From Dehalococcoidia bacterium (lineage in GTDB: Bacteria; Chloroflexota; Dehalococcoidia; UBA2979), in NCBI GenBank assembly GCA_965262725.1, contig OZ253555.1:288001-352000 (forward strand): a stretch of DNA of 64,000 nucleotides, read 5' to 3'. Numbering within the stretch: position 1 is the first letter of the stretch; each line of letters opens with the position of its first letter. Below are positions 59,880-64,000 of this stretch, piece after piece. The notes under the pieces were generated by a model. That model was not told the DNA's origin and did not search any database. It saw only the letters and a list, made by a program, of their open reading frames with translations. Made by a program: the position numbers and the translations under genes.

Positions 59880-60060
59880 TCACACGACGGCCGCTTCGCG
59901 CTCCTCCGCACGCTCAACACCGGTCAGGGTCCAGCATCTCCAGCGGCGAGGGCCGCGGGGGCTGGAGGAGGGGATGCTCGGGATGCGCGAGGTGCACGTC
60001 CTGCGGCACAGGGTCGTGATCGAGGGCAAGAGCCAGAGAGCGGTCGCCCGAGAGATGGCC
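59880..60060 (+). pseudogene. IS debris: ~46 bp of IS1380-B subterminal sequence followed by an IstA N-terminal fragment
   Basis: TCACACGACGGCCGCTTCGCGCTCCTCCGCACG matches the reverse complement of ~27110-27144; MLGMREVHVLRHRVVIEGKSQRAVAREM resembles an IstA HTH start. Confidence 0.65.
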
Positions 60061-60164
60061 TCAGCCGCACACCGTCTGCCGCTACATGACGATGATGACG
60101 CTGCTCTCCCCGCCGGGGAGCGAACTCACGTCTTCGCTGCCCCCACGGGTGTGTGGCACCAGCC

Positions 60165-60776
60165 TCAGATGTGAGCGCCGAGGTTATAGTCCGTGTCGTC
60201 GCGAACTGCATCGAAGTCGGCACGCCTCAGCCAGTGGCACCACAGTCTGCGGCCCTTGAGGCTGAGACGCTGCCGGTAGTGCTCGGCGCGCCAGCCCGCC
60301 ACTTCAACCCTGTGGCCACCGCCACCGTCGAGCACAGCCTCGACAGCGGGCACTAGGTCTGTGTCGGCCGAACAGAGTATCGCGATGTCGTAGCTGCCGG
60401 ACATCGCGAGCCTCACCATGTCCAGAGCAATGGCGACGTCGATGCCCTTCTCCTCAGGGCGCTGGCCACCAGCGTTGTGTGGCCATCTGTGCGGATAGCG
60501 AAGCGGTCGGCTGAAGACGTAGCAGCCATCTCTTTCCCATGCTTGGCATTGTCGAAGATTCGCCGCGTGAGCCCTAGGCTGGAGGAAGCCGCCGGGCCGC
60601 CCCGTGTATACGCGCACCTCTTCAAGCGTCCTGCCGCTGTCTCTCGAGGCGAGGTGTTCACCCAGCGCGCGTGGGTGGAATTGGCCGTTGCGCACCGGCT
60701 CTTCGGGCTCGAAGAATGCCCGCTTGGCGCTTCGGTAGAAGTTCTGGGCATCGACGAACACCACTACGCGTTCCAC
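60165..60776 (-). CDS. NYN-domain (PIN-like) ribonuclease
   Basis: VFVDAQN, EEKGIDVAIALD, SADTDLVPA acidic motifs. Confidence 0.88.
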   Translation of the reverse strand: MERVVVFVDAQNFYRSAKRAFFEPEEPVRNGQFHPRALGEHLASRDSGRTLEEVRVYTGRPGGFLQPRAHAANLRQCQAWERDGCYVFSRPLRYPHRWPHNAGGQRPEEKGIDVAIALDMVRLAMSGSYDIAILCSADTDLVPAVEAVLDGGGGHRVEVAGWRAEHYRQRLSLKGRRLWCHWLRRADFDAVRDDTDYNLGAHI

Positions 60777-60794
60777 GAACCCAGCCTTGACGTC

Positions 60795-60827
60795 AAAACC
60801 CCGCCAGCCCCTTGCGGAGCGGCGGGG
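60795..60827 (-). terminator. Hairpin plus U-tract just upstream of the NYN gene
   Basis: Minus strand CCCCGCC-GCTCCGCAAGGGGCT-GGCGGGG-TTTT. Confidence 0.55.
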
Positions 60828-60947
60828 AGGATTGCTGGCATCATCGCACAGATCGTCGAGATCTCAAAGCAACTCAAGGCTGGTAGGCCCTGTCGAGGGC
60901 CGGTCGTCCCGGCGACCCGCTGTGCACGGCTCCTGCGGTCACACTCA

Positions 60948-63900
60948 CTAGTCACCCGAGAGGGCCTCTTCCTCTGCGTCTCTGACGCGGGCGTCCTCGA
61001 TGATGGCCCTGAGGGAGCGGAGAGTCGCCTTGGCCCAGCGCCGCACGTTGGGATGCGGGTGGTCCAGAAGCTGCGTTATCGGTTCCTGGTAGGTCGACCA
61101 GTAGCCTTCCTCCGGTCCCCACCAACCCCCGGTGCTCATGTTCGACATAGCGGCCTCGGTCACGTCCTTGCGATCCCCGAACTCTGCGATCAGTCGAACC
61201 AAGACTGGGTGCACGACGAGCTCCCTGCCGTCACCCTCTCGCGCCTTGAGGAAGCCAACGACCCTCGCCGCGAAAGCCGGTGCCCGTTCGGGATGGGCAT
61301 GGCACCAAGCGATGAGAGCGTCCTCTGGGAGCCGCAGAATAGGTGCCGTGTACTCCCCGCGCCCCCAACGGACACCGCCACCCAGGAGAGACTGAAGGAG
61401 GAATGCCCTTACTGGTTCGGCGGAGACAATTGCTGAGCCGATGAGTGGCCACGAAACTCCAGGGAAGTTGGAAAGGAGGGAAGGGAGCACCCTCTCGATC
61501 ACACGGGTGCCATCGTAGTCTGCGACGTTCGCCACGGCCCTTGCCAGCGTGAAGGCAGTCGCGGACGCGTCTTCGTCGGCCGCTCCCCTCTCGAGCATCC
61601 ACGTGAGGATCTCCTCGAACTGGTGCATTGCCGTGTTGCCGTGCGGCTGGCTGGCCCATGGCCAACGTAGAGCGTTCTCTGCAATCTTGCGGACCTGCGG
61701 CCGTAGCGCATCTAATCTGTCGCGGTCTCGATGGACGTAGAGCCCCATCAGGTCTAGGGCTCCGGCGAACGCCTCACCGCTGTGATCCAGCATGGCGTCG
61801 AACAGCGGGATAGCCACCGGAGGCGGAACGTCCGTCAGTCCGCTGCCGATAGTCCCCCACGTGAGCCATCGAGGAGACAGGTGCCCACTCTGCAGTGCGG
61901 CGATCACCAGTCCGACGTCAATGGGACTGACGCCGAGCGTCGAACACATCAATGGGAGTGTCGGGGCTAGTACCGACGACTCAACTGCCCTCCACTTGAG
62001 GCTCTCCACAACATCCGGCTCGGTATCTGCAATGCCGATGACGTAACCCACGAGGAGACCGTAGTTCCGCTCCTCCTGCGGGGCTTCCTCAATCGCCCGA
62101 ATCATGGGTTCCAGCCAGTAGTTCGCCGGCCTAGCCAACCTTGCGATGGCTTCACCGAATGCATCGGTCATCCGCTGCTGGCCGCGGCTTAGCTGTGGCA
62201 GGAGCGCTTTGAGGGTCTCAGTCTGCTGGACGGCCTCGGCCGCGAGTTCTCGCACCTCTTCGACCTGGCGCTGACGCTGCTTCTCGTAGTTCTGGCCCGC
62301 CGCAGCCAGGTGATCCCATGGCATGTCGGTCACAGAGAAGTGCACCCGTGCTTCTAGGCTCTTTGGCTGTACGAGTTGCGCTAGTGCCCGGATCCTGTCC
62401 GAGAGTGCGCCATCTTCCAGGATCTCTGGGTCAGCGAGAGTCGACTCGAGGGCCGTCAGAGCCTCGGTCCAGTGAGCACCAGCGGCTCCGACCTGCTCAA
62501 CGATGAGCTCCGCCACATCGATCAGGCCGTGCCGGATCAGCGGGCCAAGCGCGGTCCCTAGGGAGCCGCGCGCAAGAGAGCCAGCTTGATCAGGATGCAC
62601 GGCGAGACCGACCAGCCGGTTCGCGCATCCACGCACGTATCCGTAAGCCTCGTCATGAGTCTTGGGCCGCCACTCCTTGAGCGCAGGACGGGATCCATGC
62701 GCTTCGGGGCCGGCAATGCGCGAGAACTGGTCCAGTTCAAGTCCCGCCGTCAGGGCTCGGGCGACCAGCTCTCGACGAGTTGGATCGTCCGTTGCTCCAA
62801 GGTCATCCAGAAGGACGAGTCGCTGAGTTCCATCGGCTTCCGTGCCAGCCAAGAGCAGCGGGAAGAGGGCTAGGAACTGGCCAGTCGCATTGTTGCTCCA
62901 GTCCTCGTTCTCGGCCGCGGCAAGCCGCAACAGGAGGCTCGCTCCCTCCTCGAAGGTCTGTGAGGCGAACGCTATCCTCTCCAGCGCCCAGACGAGGTGC
63001 CGTCGCGCGTCGCCAGCGATGCTGGCGAGATCCTCGACATCCTCCAGCGAGCGCTCTATCTGCGCCGCGACGATGCCGGTGTCAATCTCCGCCAGTTGCG
63101 ACAACACCTCGGCGTGCCCAGGCGCGAGGAGGCCCTCCAGACCATCGAAGGGTCCTCCGTACCGGCAGACGTGCGTCAGCACGGCCCTTGCAATGCCGAG
63201 TGTGTTGAGGAGTTTGAGCTGCCTCGCGGCCTGGACATTCAGGCTAGGGTCGTCGCCGAACGTGGTAGGGGTGGAACTGTCGGCGAGCACTTCGTCCCAC
63301 GTGTCCTCGCTCCAGTCCTTCCACTGTCTCTCAGCAAGCCTCATTGCGATTGGCCGAGGCTCAATCGACACGTAGCGACCTCGCCATCGGGCAACGCCCC
63401 TCTCGGCGAGTCTTTTCGCACCCGTCCGCAGCGCGTCCGGGGTCACGTCGAGTCCTAGGCGGGCGATTCTGGCGACTTGACCATCGACAGGGCGTTCGAT
63501 CCCAACCAGCCCGAATGTTGCCAGCAGGGTTGCCGACTTGAGCAGGATCCCGGGGTCATGTGGAGTACGCCCGAGGACGTACGCATCAACTAGCTGTTCA
63601 TCTGTCGCGCGGGCAACAGGCAGGGAATCGAGCCATGCCTGCGTGACGAGGATGGCGATTCCGGGAAAGCCCTGCGAGAAGTGCACGAGGCGAGACTGAT
63701 CCGCAGCCGCGAGGCCGGGAGCCAGGCGGTTGACGATCGCTTCGGTCACGGATGGCGGAGCCGGCTCCACACGCAGCGTCTCGTCGCGAAGCGTGTCGGG
63801 TTCTTCATCGTCAACGGTGATCAGCGACAGCTGACTGGTGCCGCGCAGAACCATTCGCGCCAGAACCCGATGACTCTCAGGAGCACAGCGATCAACTACG

Positions 63901-64000
63901 ACAATCGCGCGCGTTCCGCTGTCGGCGAGGTTCTGAACGGCCCCCTTGATGGCCTCGGCGCCAGTCTCCCCCTCCACCGCGTAGAGCACCAGACTCGTGA
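60948..64000 (-). CDS. Large protein with Walker-B-like segment and long helical C-terminus (STAND-like NTPase, 5' end outside window)
   Basis: AIVVVDRC, LSLITV, SQGFPGIA (GxP-like), then a long alpha-helical region; open for more than 1000 codons. Confidence 0.6.
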   Translation of the reverse strand, partial: TSLVLYAVEGETGAEAIKGAVQNLADSGTRAIVVVDRCAPESHRVLARMVLRGTSQLSLITVDDEEPDTLRDETLRVEPAPPSVTEAIVNRLAPGLAAADQSRLVHFSQGFPGIAILVTQAWLDSLPVARATDEQLVDAYVLGRTPHDPGILLKSATLLATFGLVGIERPVDGQVARIARLGLDVTPDALRTGAKRLAERGVARWRGRYVSIEPRPIAMRLAERQWKDWSEDTWDEVLADSSTPTTFGDDPSLNVQAARQLKLLNTLGIARAVLTHVCRYGGPFDGLEGLLAPGHAEVLSQLAEIDTGIVAAQIERSLEDVEDLASIAGDARRHLVWALERIAFASQTFEEGASLLLRLAAAENEDWSNNATGQFLALFPLLLAGTEADGTQRLVLLDDLGATDDPTRRELVARALTAGLELDQFSRIAGPEAHGSRPALKEWRPKTHDEAYGYVRGCANRLVGLAVHPDQAGSLARGSLGTALGPLIRHGLIDVAELIVEQVGAAGAHWTEALTALESTLADPEILEDGALSDRIRALAQLVQPKSLEARVHFSVTDMPWDHLAAAGQNYEKQRQRQVEEVRELAAEAVQQTETLKALLPQLSRGQQRMTDAFGEAIARLARPANYWLEPMIRAIEEAPQEERNYGLLVGYVIGIADTEPDVVESLKWRAVESSVLAPTLPLMCSTLGVSPIDVGLVIAALQSGHLSPRWLTWGTIGSGLTDVPPPVAIPLFDAMLDHSGEAFAGALDLMGLYVHRDRDRLDALRPQVRKIAENALRWPWASQPHGNTAMHQFEEILTWMLERGAADEDASATAFTLARAVANVADYDGTRVIERVLPSLLSNFPGVSWPLIGSAIVSAEPVRAFLLQSLLGGGVRWGRGEYTAPILRLPEDALIAWCHAHPERAPAFAARVVGFLKAREGDGRELVVHPVLVRLIAEFGDRKDVTEAAMSNMSTGGWWGPEEGYWSTYQEPITQLLDHPHPNVRRWAKATLRSLRAIIEDARVRDAEEEALSGD

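Noticed and set aside
1-64000. CRISPR array or cas genes
   Set aside because: No regularly spaced repeat-spacer array or Cas motif seen.

Overview
High-GC bacterial DNA. The gene set and Pro/Thr-rich lipoproteins suggest a Chloroflexota/Dehalococcoidia-like organism (inference only). The core-like segments are a typA 3' end, a minus-strand folate and sulfur-relay cluster (folK, folP, Mec/JAMM, rhodanese, cysM, cysK, moeB, three MoaD/ThiS carriers, Rrf2, SAM-I riboswitch-thrC-NIL), lgt, an M23 peptidase, a DnaQ-type exonuclease, and alpha-2-macroglobulin with pbpC. About half the window is nested mobile DNA. It holds seven group II introns, all on the minus strand: three encode an RT and four are apparently identical 862-nt ORF-less copies, two of which sit at the same codon inside the RT ORFs of related introns. 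It also holds three IS1380, two identical IS21 (both inside introns), IS1182, IS256, a shrunken IS630, and an IS110/IS1111 element. That IS110 sits in a class E intron, and its non-coding end carries readable bridge/seekRNA guide segments matching its target and donor junction. A decayed Abi/DRT-like RT lies at 25.5-28.8 kb. From a tRNA-Gly 3' half and tyrosine integrase at 39.3 kb, a lower-GC defence-type island runs to the window end (KAP remnant, RloC/Rad50-like ATPase, XRE-ImmA plus PIN, NYN, large STAND-like protein). Boundaries were found by eye by rejoining the interrupted reading frames; no database searches were run.
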